Shown here one piece after another: positions 13,638 through 28,825 of a stretch of 64,000 nt of DNA. The DNA comes from Octopus vulgaris (taxonomy: Eukaryota): positions 2,976,001-3,040,000 of the forward strand of contig OX597842.1 in assembly GCA_951406725.2 (NCBI GenBank). Direction: 5' to 3'. The translations under genes and the position numbers were made by a program. The notes under the pieces were generated by a model, which saw nothing but the letters and a program-made list of their open reading frames with translations, was not told the DNA's origin and ran no database searches. The stretch's first letter is position 1, and the number at the start of each line of letters is the position of its first letter.

Positions 13638-13795
13638 ACTAGTGTAGCCAAAGTGTGTGCCGCCCGGGGCAGCCCTTTACCTTGTCCACCCCCCAAAAAA
13701 AAAGTACATATTGCCAACAGCAGATCCAAAAGTGTTGCCACAGCTATAAAAGTGCCGCCCGGGGCAGACCGATCCGCTCCTTCTGACTACATTAT
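13638..13795. mobile_element. Small MITE-like element
   Basis: Short TIRs tagtgtagcca / tgactacatta and two internal direct copies of gtgccgcccggggcag. Confidence 0.5.
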
Positions 13796-14204
13796 GTCTT
13801 GATACGGAATCAAGGTAGATCTACAGCTGGCTGCCCATTTTTGCTTCCAGGTATCATAAGATCATAGGTCCTTACCAAGTCATAGGCTCATTAAGCTGAC
13901 TTCCCAGATCTTTTGGTGTATGTATTTTCAGCCCTGGATGAGACGCCAGTCCGTTTCAGCATTACTTTCTTTTTGCTAGATGAATGAAGGATCGAAACTG
14001 CAACCTTAAGATCATCTGTGCAAACCCTAACCATGCACCTCCACACTTGTTTCCAAGGAGACGTACTTTCATACAGGATTGGGAGCGGAGGACACTGCTT
14101 GAATGAGAGTGACATTCGTTTACAACACTCAAATGAAGTCAAGGGATAGTGACACACACACGGACGGGGACACACACATGCACACACACATGCACACACA
14201 CATG

Positions 14205-14236
<32 letters not shown>

Positions 14237-14245
14237 CACACACAT

Positions 14246-14282
<37 letters not shown>

Positions 14283-14300
14283 CATATATACATACATATA

Positions 14301-14516
14301 GGCGCAGGAGTGGCTGTGTGGTAAGCAGCTTGCTTACCAACCACACAGTTCCAGGTTCAGTCTCACTGTAGGGTAGCTTGGACGATTGTCCTCGGGCCGA
14401 CTAAAGCCTCATGAGTGGATTTGGTAGACGGAAAATGAAAGAAACCCGTCGTATATATATATATATATATATATACCCGTGCGTGTGTGTGTGTATTTAT
14501 GTGTGTGTATTATTCT

Positions 14517-14555
<39 letters not shown>

Positions 14556-14725
14556 CGTGCGTGTGTGTGTGTGTGTATTATTTCCCAAACGTCGCCTGAC
14601 AACTAACGCTGGTGTGATTAAGTCTCCGTAACTTAGCAGTTCGGTAAAAGAGACTGATAGAATAAATCATAGGCTTACAAAGAACAAGTCCTAGAGTCAA
14701 TTTCTACGACTAAAATTCCTTTAAG
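14301..14725 (+). mobile_element. SINE family A, diverged, with a duplicated internal microsatellite block
   Basis: Head ggcgcaggagtggctgtgtggtaag; internal (TA)n-cccgtgcgtgtgtg-tatta block present twice. Confidence 0.85.
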
Positions 14726-14766
<41 letters not shown>

Positions 14767-14807
14767 GGCAATGAAAGACTGAAGATAGAATATACGAGAA
14801 TTTATTA

Positions 14808-14918
14808 ATCACGGTAATTATTTCGACACATCTAGCATCGATTCCTCATGGGTAGGATAAACAACAACTGGTTCAGGAGCCATCCCGCGGTGCAGATGTA
14901 TCTCGTCAGGGGATAATA
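14808..14918 (-). ncRNA. Hammerhead-like motif with long stem II, degenerate at the cleavage site and stem I
   Basis: Minus strand: atccc-CTGACGA-gatacatct...agatgtgtc-GAAA-taatta; 9-bp stem II is evident, stems I and III are imperfect. Confidence 0.5.
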
Positions 14919-15008
14919 GATACAACTCGTTAAAATAACAGTTCGCAATGTAACTTCACGTTTTGTAAAAAAAAGCAGCCAGACGGAGGAAATATCTTCA
15001 TTTATATA

Positions 15009-15073
<65 letters not shown>

Positions 15074-15149
15074 TGTGTGTTACATATCACATATTATGTT
15101 AGATATTTAATCCGTCTGGCTGCTTTTTTTTTACAAAACGAGATGAAAT

Positions 15150-15310
15150 AGCATGCATGCATACATACATACATAATACATACATACATACATACATACA
15201 CACATACATACATACATACATACATACATACATACAGAAAAGCCATGCATACATACATACATACATACATACATACATACATACATACATACATACATAC
15301 ATACATACGT
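15150..15310. repeat. (CATA)n microsatellite
   Basis: Direct reading. Confidence 0.95.
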
Positions 15311-15574
15311 AGTGTGCATAAGAAAAGAGTGTGCTGCTACAGACATGTGATGCATGTCATAATTCGTAGAAAAGAGTGCTGCACTGAATAGCAAACGCTA
15401 TTTAAATCAAACACAAACCGAGGGGTAGTTCAAAATAGCAAGTAGTCTAATTTGCATAATTAGAACAGCCCATATGGGGTTCGCTGCAGAAATCCATGTT
15501 ATTCGCCTGTTTTGAGTTATCTGCACTTGGCAGAGTTTAGCGTGTGTGTGTGTATTGAACCGTTAATCCCTACA

Positions 15575-15722
15575 CATTTTTTCTCTCTCCACTTTCCCCT
15601 CTCAATCGAAGAGCATAGGTTCAAAACGTCGAATACTTTTCCATTCTTACCGAGCGTTAAACTAATGCGCCCACTTTTTGCTCCTTCACCTGTGTGCGTT
15701 TTTTGTGTTCTGTAAATTTGAA
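15575..15722 (+). mobile_element. Short hammerhead-like element, diverged copy of the 20472 family
   Basis: cgaagagcataggttcaaaacgtc...gagcgttaaactaat aligns with 20510-20566. Confidence 0.6.
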
Positions 15723-15779
15723 CTGATATATATATATATATATATATATATGCATACATACATACATACATACATACAT

Positions 15780-16345
<566 letters not shown>

Positions 16346-16861
16346 TATACACATATAAACATATATATATAAATACACATACATAAAAATATATCTACGT
16401 ATACGTACATATAAGCCCATGTATGTTACGTTTATATGAAAATATATATATATATACACAAATGTACAGACATGTATATTTATGTGTGTGTCTGTGTATA
16501 CATGCATATAAACATTTTTACACACACACCCACGCACACACACACAGAATGTACTTAAATACACCAAATGTGAAAATTCGTACTTGTATTGATCAACTTG
16601 AAAAAGCAAAGCAAGAAAGATCGATCATCAAAAAAGAACTCGAAGTCAGAAATTAAAAAAAAAAACGAGAGTACTTTTACAGAGTAACACCAAACATAAT
16701 ACATATATATATATACATACATACGCCACTAGAGAAGATAAAACAACATTTATGTATATATACAGAGTGTGCAGTAAGCTATATTTTTCTATTGTAAAAT
16801 ATGCATTATCTTGTAAAATTTGTAGGTTATGGCGTTCAGATACATTTTCTCAAATACAGTA

Positions 16862-16986
<125 letters not shown>

Positions 16987-17519
16987 GAAGTCTACGTGCA
17001 TTCTGTTCACTATTCACCGATTTTTTGGTGCCAAACGCATTTATTTGATTACGCAACAAGTTCAACGTAAATTCATGTCTGTTCTGTATGGAATATATAT
17101 AAGTATGCTCTATACGACAGGTCTCTTTCACACACTCTCTCTCTCTCTCTCTCCATATACATATATGTGTGTGTGTGTATATACATGCCTTTAAGTACAT
17201 ATGTATAATTCACAAATATCTATATATGTGTATAATATATAAATAACAAATTCATGAATTATACATATATGTACATGTGTATATAAATATATATATATAA
17301 ATGGATTTATTGTACATGTATACACATACACTCACATAAATATGAATATGAATATATGAGTGTGTGAATATATATGCATATGTATATATGTGTGTGTGTA
17401 TGTATATATATGTACGCACACATACATGTATATATCTATTATATATGACTGTATTCATAAAAAGTTATAAGACATATATATTCATGTACAAGGTGTTTGT
17501 GTGAGTTTGTGTGTGTGCG

Positions 17520-18335
<816 letters not shown>

Positions 18336-18624
18336 TAATCATAAAAACACATTCCTGAAGTGTGTGTATGCTGGAAGGATGCGCTTAAATGGCGAAACAT
18401 ACATATTGGCATACGAAACAAATAACAGAAAAACAAAAACAGACCCCACCACATACAAACACGTGCATGCATGCATGCACGCGTGTGCATATACACTGAT
18501 GCGCGTGCATTAAGAAAAATAAAGAGTGGGTGAAAGCAAAGATCTATAAAATCGATGTTTATGATTTTTTTGGCATCGATAAAAAGATATTGATGGTTAC
18601 AGATGTCATTGATGTTGCTGTTAT

Positions 18625-18668
<44 letters not shown>

Positions 18669-19019
18669 GTTGTGATTTTGTTGTTGTTTTTTTCCCCTTT
18701 TTGTCGATGTTGCTGATGTGCTTATTTACTTAAGAGTGTTGTAACATTTATTGCTATTTTTTGGTTGTTTTTCTGATGGTTTTTCTTTTAAATACTTTTT
18801 GTTGCTTGCCAGCGTGTTTATATGTTTATGTTAATGTATGCAAACAGGAATTTATAATACATGTTTACATTAATATATTCCACGAATATTATTAATGCGC
18901 AGTAATTCGTTTTTATTAATATTTTGGCAGAAGTAAGAGAGTTTGCACATGGGCCGAGAGTTCCGTTGCGTTGGTACTTATGAAACTAATCACAGAGCGG
19001 AGAGAGACTCTGTTGCTTC

Positions 19020-19225
19020 GGAGAAAGGAAGGAAGAAAGAAAGAAAGGAAGAAGGAAAGGAAGGGAGGAAGAAAGGAAGGAAGAAAGAAAGAGAGAAAGA
19101 ATGAAAGGAAGGAAGAAGGAAAGGAAGAAGGAAAGGAAGAAAGAAAGAAGGAAGGAAGAAAGGAAGAAAGAAATAAGGAAAGAAAGAAAGAAAGGAAGAA
19201 GGAAAGAAAGAAAATTAGATAGATA
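19020..19225. repeat. Polypurine (GGAA/AAAG)n tract
   Basis: Direct reading. Confidence 0.93.
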
Positions 19226-19284
19226 CATACATATGCTGATATTTTGAGTTCTGTTCTTCATGTTTGCATCACCTGTACAAATTA

Positions 19285-19346
<62 letters not shown>

Positions 19347-19366
19347 GTATATATATAAATGTATAC

Positions 19367-19725
19367 TTTTTTATTCTTTTACTTGTTTCAGTCATTTGAC
19401 TGTGGCCAAGCTGGAGCACCGCCTTTAGTCGAGCAAATCGACCTCAGGATTTATTTTTTGTAAGTCTAGTAATATTCTATCGGTCTCTTTTGCCGAACCA
19501 CTAAGTTACGGGGACGTAAACACACCAGCATCGGTTTTCAAGCGATGTTGAGGGGGAACAAACACAAACACAAACATACACACACACTCACACACAAATA
19601 TATATACGACGGGTTTCTTTCTGTTTCCGTCTACCAAATCCACTCACAAGGATTTGGTCGGCCCGAGGCTATAGTGGAAGACACTTGCCCAAGGTTCCAC
19701 GCAGTGGAACTGAACCTGGGACCAT
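19367..19725 (-). mobile_element. SINE family A, 5'-truncated
   Basis: Reverse complement of the family A body and tail. Confidence 0.9.
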
Positions 19726-19983
19726 ACACACTCATACACACACACATATATAAATATAAACATTCACTAAGTTATTCATAGCTTTACGTTTTGAGTTCAA
19801 ATTCCGCCAAGAGCAACTTTGCCATTCATACTTTTGTGGTCAAGTACTGGAGTTAATATAATCGACTTGTCCCCTTTCCACAAAAATGCTGGCCTTGTCC
19901 CTAAAATACAAAGAATTTTTTTTATCATTATGACTTAGGCGGTGAACTGGCAGGCGAAACGCTTTGTGGTATTTCGTCTGCCG

Positions 19984-20135
19984 CTATTGACAAGTAACTG
20001 GTTAAATTCAAACTATTGACAAGCCAAACTATTGACAAACCAAACAATTGACAAGCCAAACTATTGACAAGCCAAACTATTGACAAGCCAAATAATTGAC
20101 AAGCAACTGGTTAAAGTTAAACTATTGACAAGCAA
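19984..20135. repeat. 16-bp minisatellite (aaactattgacaagcc)n
   Basis: Five tandem units at 20011-20104, bracketed by two copies of ttgacaag-aactggttaaa-aaactattgacaagc. Confidence 0.9.
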
Positions 20136-20471
20136 ATCCGTGATTTTGAGTAGAATATTTGCTTTTTATACCAAAGCAAAACATGTACAATCAATTAAGA
20201 GCAGAAACCACGAGAGCCACTAGATTTTTCATGATTGTGTTACATGTGTGACTGCGATACTACAATCTCTGTTCAAGTATATAAGACGATCTTCTGAGGT
20301 GGGGGGCCATCAATCAGGGTTGGTAGTTATGTGTTACCGAATAGTTATGTGTGTGTGAGGAGTAAAGAAAGATGGATATACACTCATATTTATGTATATG
20401 TACATACAGACATATAATACTTGTGTGTATACATACATACATACAAACATGTATATATATAAACGCATATA

Positions 20472-20630
20472 TTTTTTCTCTCCGTGTTTTTTCTGTGTCC
20501 TTTTCTGTAGAAGAGCGTAGGCTCGAAACGTAAAAGACCTTTTCTATTCCTAAGCGTTATACTAATACATCTGCTTGTTTTGTACACCACCTGTCTTCGT
20601 CTTTTGTTTTTTTTTCGTAAACTCTCCCTA
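20472..20630 (+). mobile_element. ~160-bp TA-flanked element carrying a variant hammerhead motif
   Basis: tttt-CTGTAGA-a-gagc gtag gctc-GAAA-cg-TA-aaag at 20501-20536; homologous copies at 15575 (+) and 52090 (-). Confidence 0.65.
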
Positions 20631-21061
20631 TATATAAACGTACATCTCTACGTACGTAAACCTACATGTCTGCACATATAACAAACATATACACATAAAA
20701 ACTTACATATATACATATACACTATACATATGCCTATATATACATATAGATATACGGACATACACATGCACATACATACATTTAAATATACACATACATA
20801 CTCATAAATATACACATACCTACATAAATAAATATACATAAATAAATAAATATATATAACAATTGTCCCAAAATAATCTGTATTTTTGTTATTTTTTATT
20901 TGCCCTGTCCGTGTGAGCTAACAATCGTACTGACTTTCATGGGAAACATGTATTTTCGTGGTTGAAACCTTTTGGATTAACTGGTGCTAGAGTGAGCAAT
21001 ATAGTGACCACTCTCTTATATTTATTTTATATATATATATATATTATTTATATTATTATCA

Positions 21062-21500
<439 letters not shown>

Positions 21501-21512
21501 ATATATATATAT

Positions 21513-21627
21513 ATATAAATTAGAGAAAAAAACACTATTATGCAATTCAAACAATGATTGACATAAACCAAATCATAAATAAAAAATAAAATATATTGCG
21601 TAATAGTGTTTTTTCCCTAATTTATAT
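21513..21627. repeat. Short fold-back with ~33-bp arms next to (TA)n
   Basis: atataaattagagaaaaaaacactattatgcaat versus attgcgtaatagtgttttttccctaatttatat. Confidence 0.8.
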
Positions 21628-21695
21628 TGTGAAATTTGATTTAATACTAAATTGAATTTTTCCCTGTAAGTTTGGAGTTATACTCCCTATTATTA

Positions 21696-21766
<71 letters not shown>

Positions 21767-21964
21767 GTATGCACACACTACACTTGCATTCAGTTCTTAA
21801 TTTATCAAACACACATATACACACGCTCACATGTATACGCATGCAGATATCTTCATGCACATACATGCGTACATACATGCATTCACATATATAAGCATGC
21901 AATCATATATTGCTTCATGCGTTACAAGCACGCATATACCTAAACACAGAAGCTGCGAATGAAA

Positions 21965-22521
21965 TGTATACATACATACACACATACATACATACACACA
22001 TACATACATACACACATACAAACATAAAAACATACACACATACATACATGCATACATACATAAATACATAAAAACATACATTCATACATGCATGCATACA
22101 TACATACATACATACATACGTACATACACACATACATACACACATACATGCATACACACATACATGCATACATACATGCATACATACATACATACATGCA
22201 TACACACATACATACATACATACATATATACATTCATACATACATGCATGCATACATACATACATAAAAACATTCATACATACATGCATGCATGCATACA
22301 TACATACACACATATATACACACAGACATGCATACATACATAGATACATACATACACACATAGACATACATACACACACATGCATACACACACATACATA
22401 CACACATACCTACATACACACACACATACATACATACACACATACATACATACATACATACATACATACACACATACATACATACACATACATACATACA
22501 TATATACACACATACATACAC

Positions 22522-22554
<33 letters not shown>

Positions 22555-22575
22555 TACATACACACATACATACAA
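21965..22575. repeat. (CATA)n/(CA)n compound microsatellite
   Basis: Direct reading. Confidence 0.96.
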
Positions 22576-22979
22576 CTAAAGAATATAAAAACACCACTCA
22601 GCTAAACACACTTTAACAATATGGCTTACAATATATTGTATTACTAAGCTATATTTTCTGTTGCAAAATACATACCATTATCTTGGAATATTTCAAGGTT
22701 ATTTCATTCAGATACATTTTCAAATACAGCAGTGTGTATCTATACATGCGTGAGCGTGTATATATATATATATTCCTGTGTTTTATGTGTCTATGCTTTT
22801 GAATGTATTTGTAACGTGTACTTTCCCACTTTTACATCTGTGTGTACGTGTGTGTATTTCTACATGTATCGGTATCAAAATCTCAACGATTTTTGCTAAG
22901 TGTTTCATTGACTGGTTTGTGTCAAATATATTTATTTGATTACGTAACATGTCAGAAATACGCTCATACACGCACGCAT

Positions 22980-23014
<35 letters not shown>

Positions 23015-23830
23015 TGTGCGCCCGTATTTGTACGCATACGTATGTGTGAATTTGTACGGTTATACCTCTCTACCCAACCATCTATTATGTATGTATATAC
23101 ATATATATTTACATGTGGTTATGCACGTATGTGTGCCCATATATATGAATGGATGTATATGGATGCGTTTCTGTGTGTATATTTTTATCTGCCTTATGTA
23201 TATATTCGTTTATGTTTGTAAATAGCTGTACATTTGCTTATATGCACAACTCAAGCATGCGTTTAAATGGTTATACAGAACAGCACATAGGAAAAACTGC
23301 ATACATATATATCTACACACACATACACACGTATCTATATATACGCACGCATACATATAAGTACATTCATATTAAGACACAAAACATGCATCTATCTATC
23401 TATCTATCTATCTATCTTACATTTTCCCACACATTATATACACACACACATACACACATTCATACATATATATATAAACACACACATATATATACACATC
23501 GAATCATACATACACATATATATGCACAGTATGCATAAATATATATATATACAACTATACATATATACACACATATATACCTACATATATATATACACGC
23601 ACACACATATAACTGTATGTATATATATATATATATATGTATAGACAGACATACAGACATACAGACACACCTATATATATATATACACACACACATACCT
23701 ATATATATATACACACATACCTATACACACAAACATATACACACACACACATATATATATACCTATATATATATACACATATACCTATATATACACACAC
23801 CTATATATGTATATACACACATACTCACAC

Positions 23831-23870
<40 letters not shown>

Positions 23871-23938
23871 TCATACCTATATATATATATACACATACAT
23901 ACCTACGTACCCATACCTATATATACATTTACATATAC

Positions 23939-23971
<33 letters not shown>

Positions 23972-24569
23972 TACACACACATGTATTACAAAAGATTGGT
24001 TGAGATCAGAAATTGATAAAATGTCGGTTGATGTTTTTTGTTACTTTTCCATTTCTTTTTCCTTTTTATATATATATATTTCTTCCATTTTTTCCCCTCT
24101 TTTTGTTGACATCGATAAAACGTATTGATGGTTCTCCTTGCCAGCAAACGTCTCTCTCATCGCCATTGCTGCTCTAACGTTTATTAATCTTGTTCTCGTT
24201 GTTATTGTTCTTATAACTTGCTATTTAGTACCACTATTGTCAATACTTTCGCTGTTATTATTCTTCTTGTCGTTGTTGTTGTTATTATTGTAGCATTTTT
24301 TGTTGCTTTAGTTGTAATTGTTAGATTCGCCATTGTTGTTTCTCTCGTTGTTGTTGCTGTTGCTGTGGAAAATATTACGTTATCGATGTTGTTTCTGTTG
24401 TTGCAAGCGTCGATGTTATTGCTATTGCGAATATTACCTTCTCGAAATTGCAGTTTTTGTTGTTGTTGTTGCTCTTGTAGTTGTTGACTTAGCAAATATC
24501 TCATTCCCGATGTTTTTGTTGTGACGTAGCTAACCATTACATCCTCAATGTTACCATCGGTTGTTATTC

Positions 24570-24710
24570 CTTTTATTATTATTACTATTATTATTATTTT
24601 TATTATTATTATTATCATCATCATCATCATCATCGTCGTCGTCGTCGTCATCATCATCATCATCGTCATCATCATCAACATCGTCATCATCATCATCATC
24701 ATCATCGTCG

Positions 24711-24754
<44 letters not shown>

Positions 24755-24803
24755 GTCATCACCATCATCGTCGTCATCATCGTCATCATCATCATCATCA
24801 TCG

Positions 24804-24847
<44 letters not shown>

Positions 24848-24855
24848 GTCATCAC

Positions 24856-24888
<33 letters not shown>

Positions 24889-24946
24889 TGTCATCATCAT
24901 CATCATCGTTGTCGTCACCACCCTCCCCTCCTCCTCCTCATCATCG

Positions 24947-25004
<58 letters not shown>

Positions 25005-25006
25005 CG

Positions 25007-25037
<31 letters not shown>

Positions 25038-25107
25038 CATCATCATCATTGTCATCATCATCATCATCGTCGTCGTCACCACCCTCCCCTCCTCCTCCTC
25101 ATCATCG

Positions 25108-25148
<41 letters not shown>

Positions 25149-25350
25149 GTCATCATCATCACCATCATCATCATCACCATCATCATCAAGATCATGATGA
25201 TGATGATCATCATCATAATCATCATTATATCATTATTATTATTATTATTATTATTGTTATTATTATTATTATTATCATTATTGTTATTATTATTATTATT
25301 ATTATTATTGTTATTATTATTATTATTATCATTATTGTTGTTGTTGTTGT
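24570..25350. repeat. (ATT)n-(CAT)n-(ATT)n compound trinucleotide array
   Basis: Direct reading; the marker gtcgtcaccaccctcccctcctcctcctc recurs about 162 bp apart (24911, 25072). Confidence 0.96.
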
Positions 25351-26046
25351 CAGTTGCTTCTCTCGTTGTTGTTCTTGCTGCTGTTGTTATTGTCAATCAA
25401 ATCAATATTCCTCTTGTGGTTGTTTTTTATGTAAGAGTTGCTTCCGCTGCTGCTGCCGCTGCTGCTGCTGCTTGTTGTTGTTGTTGTTACCGTTTTCGTT
25501 CACGTAATTCACATCATTACCGCAATTGTTGTTATTATTGTTTATAACCGTCAACATTGTCGTTGTTGTTGTTGTTGTTCTCGTTGTTGTTGTTATACTT
25601 ATTGTTGACGTAATTCAGGCCATTATCTCCATTGTTGTTGTAGTTATTGCTGTTTATATATTTCTTTTCAATGGCGATGCTAGAATTCCGATGACTATTC
25701 CTACCTCTTGCATTTCACTCGATGTTGCAGCAACCGTTCACTTGTTTATTTCCTTAACATCTTCACTATTCTTTTCACAGTTGTTGTTATTATTGCATCT
25801 GTTGTTCTTATTGTTGTTGTAGTTGTTATTATTGTTGTTATCGATGTGATTTTTCATTCATCAATATTGCTTTTTTCTACTCATCAATTCTCCCAGGGTT
25901 AATACCGTTAGCCTGGTTGTTGTTATTGCCGTATCTTTCTTTATCATTACTGCTGTTATCATCACTGAAGTGCTCATTACTGTTGTTGTACTTGTTATAG
26001 CTGTTACTGTCATCGATTCTGTCGTTACTGCTTCTGTTATGCATAG

Positions 26047-26077
<31 letters not shown>

Positions 26078-26289
26078 GCTTTTGCTTAAAAGGCATTTTC
26101 CTTTCTTCGATTATGTAAGCTTCATCGATTTCCTGTCAGCTTACATTAAAAACCAGAACAAAATAGATTCTCCTACATCCACTCACACACACCACACCTC
26201 AGACTCCACCTTACTCCTCCGGAGCCAAACTGTTCTTCCGAAAAAAATTTATTTCTATTGATATTATAATTATTATTAATAAGACAATT

Positions 26290-26780
<491 letters not shown>

Positions 26781-26849
26781 GTATGAGGTTGAAAATGATA
26801 CCACTAGTAATTTGAACATTAGCTATGATTAAAAAATATATATGAAAAG

Positions 26850-27085
26850 AAATATGGAAGCCATACCAGGGATCGCAACACTATACACTACCCGACCCAC
26901 CCGACCCACCCGACCACTTATCTCCCAACTCTATCCCGCAAAAAAATAACTCTGCTAGGAACAGCCCACATCTTGCGTAAGGCAGTATCGATCCAACAGA
27001 ATGGCTCAAATAGAACAATTTTCACACGCAACACAAACCCTTATGCAACAAGCACCAAAAAATGTGAAACAATATATTTAATGCA
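26850..27085 (+). mobile_element. 3'-end remnant of an RLE-type (R4/Dong-like) LINE
   Basis: Translates MEAIPGIATL...QKITLLGTAHILRKAVSI, homologous to the C-terminus of ORF 55685-56278 (IPGLPSLQEVQKIVLTGTSHVLRRALSM). Confidence 0.65.
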
Positions 27086-27223
27086 ACAGGCGTAGAAATG
27101 GCTGTGTGGTAAGAAGTTTGCTTCCGAACCAGGTGATTCCGGGTTCAGTCCCACTGCGCCGCATCTTGGATAAGTGTCTTCTACTATAGCCTCTTGCTTC
27201 TATCTAGAAATCATATAGATTAT

Positions 27224-27700
27224 GGTGGATTCTCTCATCGAAGACGATGAATGAGGGTTCAGTAAATAACCTTCAACAATTCCTAAGTCTTGTGACACGC
27301 ATGTGTACCTTCAATCCGGCAGATGTCTTGCACACTTTCTCGCAAATGGTACACTTGCATGTATTCGTTGGTTCAAAATGTCTTCTCGAGTGGACAGCTA
27401 ACCCAGCTTTGCTTCGTGCTTTGAACCCACAGTGACACACACAGTCATTGTTTGGTGGATTTTGCTGATGATGCCTTGCTTTCGAATTTGCCCGAAGGGC
27501 GTCCCTATGGCGAAGACGGTTACTTTCAAATTCTCTAGTCTTTAGAAAACACATTTTCCTCCATTTGCTGCGATCCCCTGCTGCACTCTCCCAGGAGCTC
27601 AGAGCAATGTCACAACGCTTCAGATTATCTTTTAGTTTGTCCTTGTAACGAAGAAGAGGACTCCCTGTTGGAGGGGAAGAATTTGTCAATTGCCCATAGA
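27224..27700 (-). mobile_element. 5'-truncated RTE-clade LINE fragment with two C-terminal C2H2-type zinc fingers
   Basis: IYGQL...GSPLLRYKDKLKDNLKRCDI..SSWESAAGDRSKWR...CHCGFKARSKAGLAVHSRRH...CTICEKVCKTSAGLKVHMR. Confidence 0.85.
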
Positions 27701-28165
27701 TATATAATCTATATGATTTTTAGATAGAAGCAAAAAGGAAATAACTCGTCCTGACCAAAGACAACAAGCAAGTCTGTGGTACTGAGCAGAATATTTGTAA
27801 TAATGATATTTCTGTTTCAGCAACTCAACACTGAATCTATGTGAAATGTAATAGAAAATATGTTAGTGTCAAATCATTGATGTCCAGGTTGCAAAAGCAA
27901 AGTTTGAAGGGGATGATAGTCATTTGCTTTGATTTCTGAACAGAAGCAAATAGGAAATAACACTTATTGTGCAATAATCAATAGCACAGCTCAAATAGAA
28001 CAATCTTCACACACCCTATGCGACAACTTTCTTAATAATCTATAACAGCACAACATACGTAACATATGCGATACAAGATATAATAACAATAATAATAACA
28101 ATAATAACAACAACAACATTGAATAATACCTTATGAATGAGAACCCGGGTTTGAAATTTCCCCAA

Positions 28166-28211
28166 AACACCTGATGAAGGCTGGAGGGTATATCAACCGA
28201 AATGTTGTGTT
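28166..28211 (+). ncRNA. Minimal type I hammerhead motif in a ~150-bp element (28118-28268)
   Basis: aacac-CTGATGA-a-ggctg...caacc-GAAA-tg-TT-gtgtt: perfect 5-bp stem I, stem II with one mismatch, vestigial stem III. Confidence 0.65.
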
Positions 28212-28606
28212 AACAACAAACAAGATGAGGACAATTATCCATCAAATGTAAATAATGTAAATAATGAACAGGCGAAGTCTATCATCCTCCAATCCCAACA
28301 AAACATAAGAACACAATTTGGGACACATGACAACAACTTGGAGGTGAACCAGGTGATGCAGTAAACACCCGGATGACACTGCCAAAGAAACAATTTATTC
28401 ATAATTCTCTCCCGCTTTTGACACAGGGTCGGCAATTCTGGGGTTAAAGGGTCAGACGATTACATCGATCCGAGGGCTTATTGGCAAGTACTTTAGTTTA
28501 TCGACCACCAAAGAACGTTTGACCTCGCTGGAATTTGAACCCGTAAAGTGTAGGAAGAAATACTACTAAGCATTTTGTTCGTCGCGCTCGCTATTCTGCC
28601 ATATAC

Positions 28607-28825
28607 TATTTCTTTACTACCCACAAGGGGCTAAACACAGAGGGGGACAAACGGATTAAGTCAATTATATTGACCCCAGTGCATAACTGGTACTTATTTA
28701 ATCGACCCCGAAAGGATGAAAGGCAAAGTCGACCTCGGCGGAATTTGAACTCAGAACGTAACGGCAGACGAAATACTACTAAGCACTTGGCCCGGCGTGC
28801 TAACGATTCTACCAGCTCACCGCCT
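28607..28825 (-). mobile_element. Full-length SINE family B (tRNA head plus Meta/MESC-like domain)
   Basis: Reverse complement ggcggtgagctggtagaatcgttagc...gagttcaaattccgccgaggtcgactttgcctttcatcctttcggggtcgattaaataagtaccag; an older copy is adjacent at about 28440-28605. The domain name comes from recalled similarity to published MetaSINEs. Confidence 0.85.

Noticed and set aside
19984-20135. CRISPR-like short direct repeats
   Set aside because: No unique spacers, no cas genes, and a eukaryotic context.
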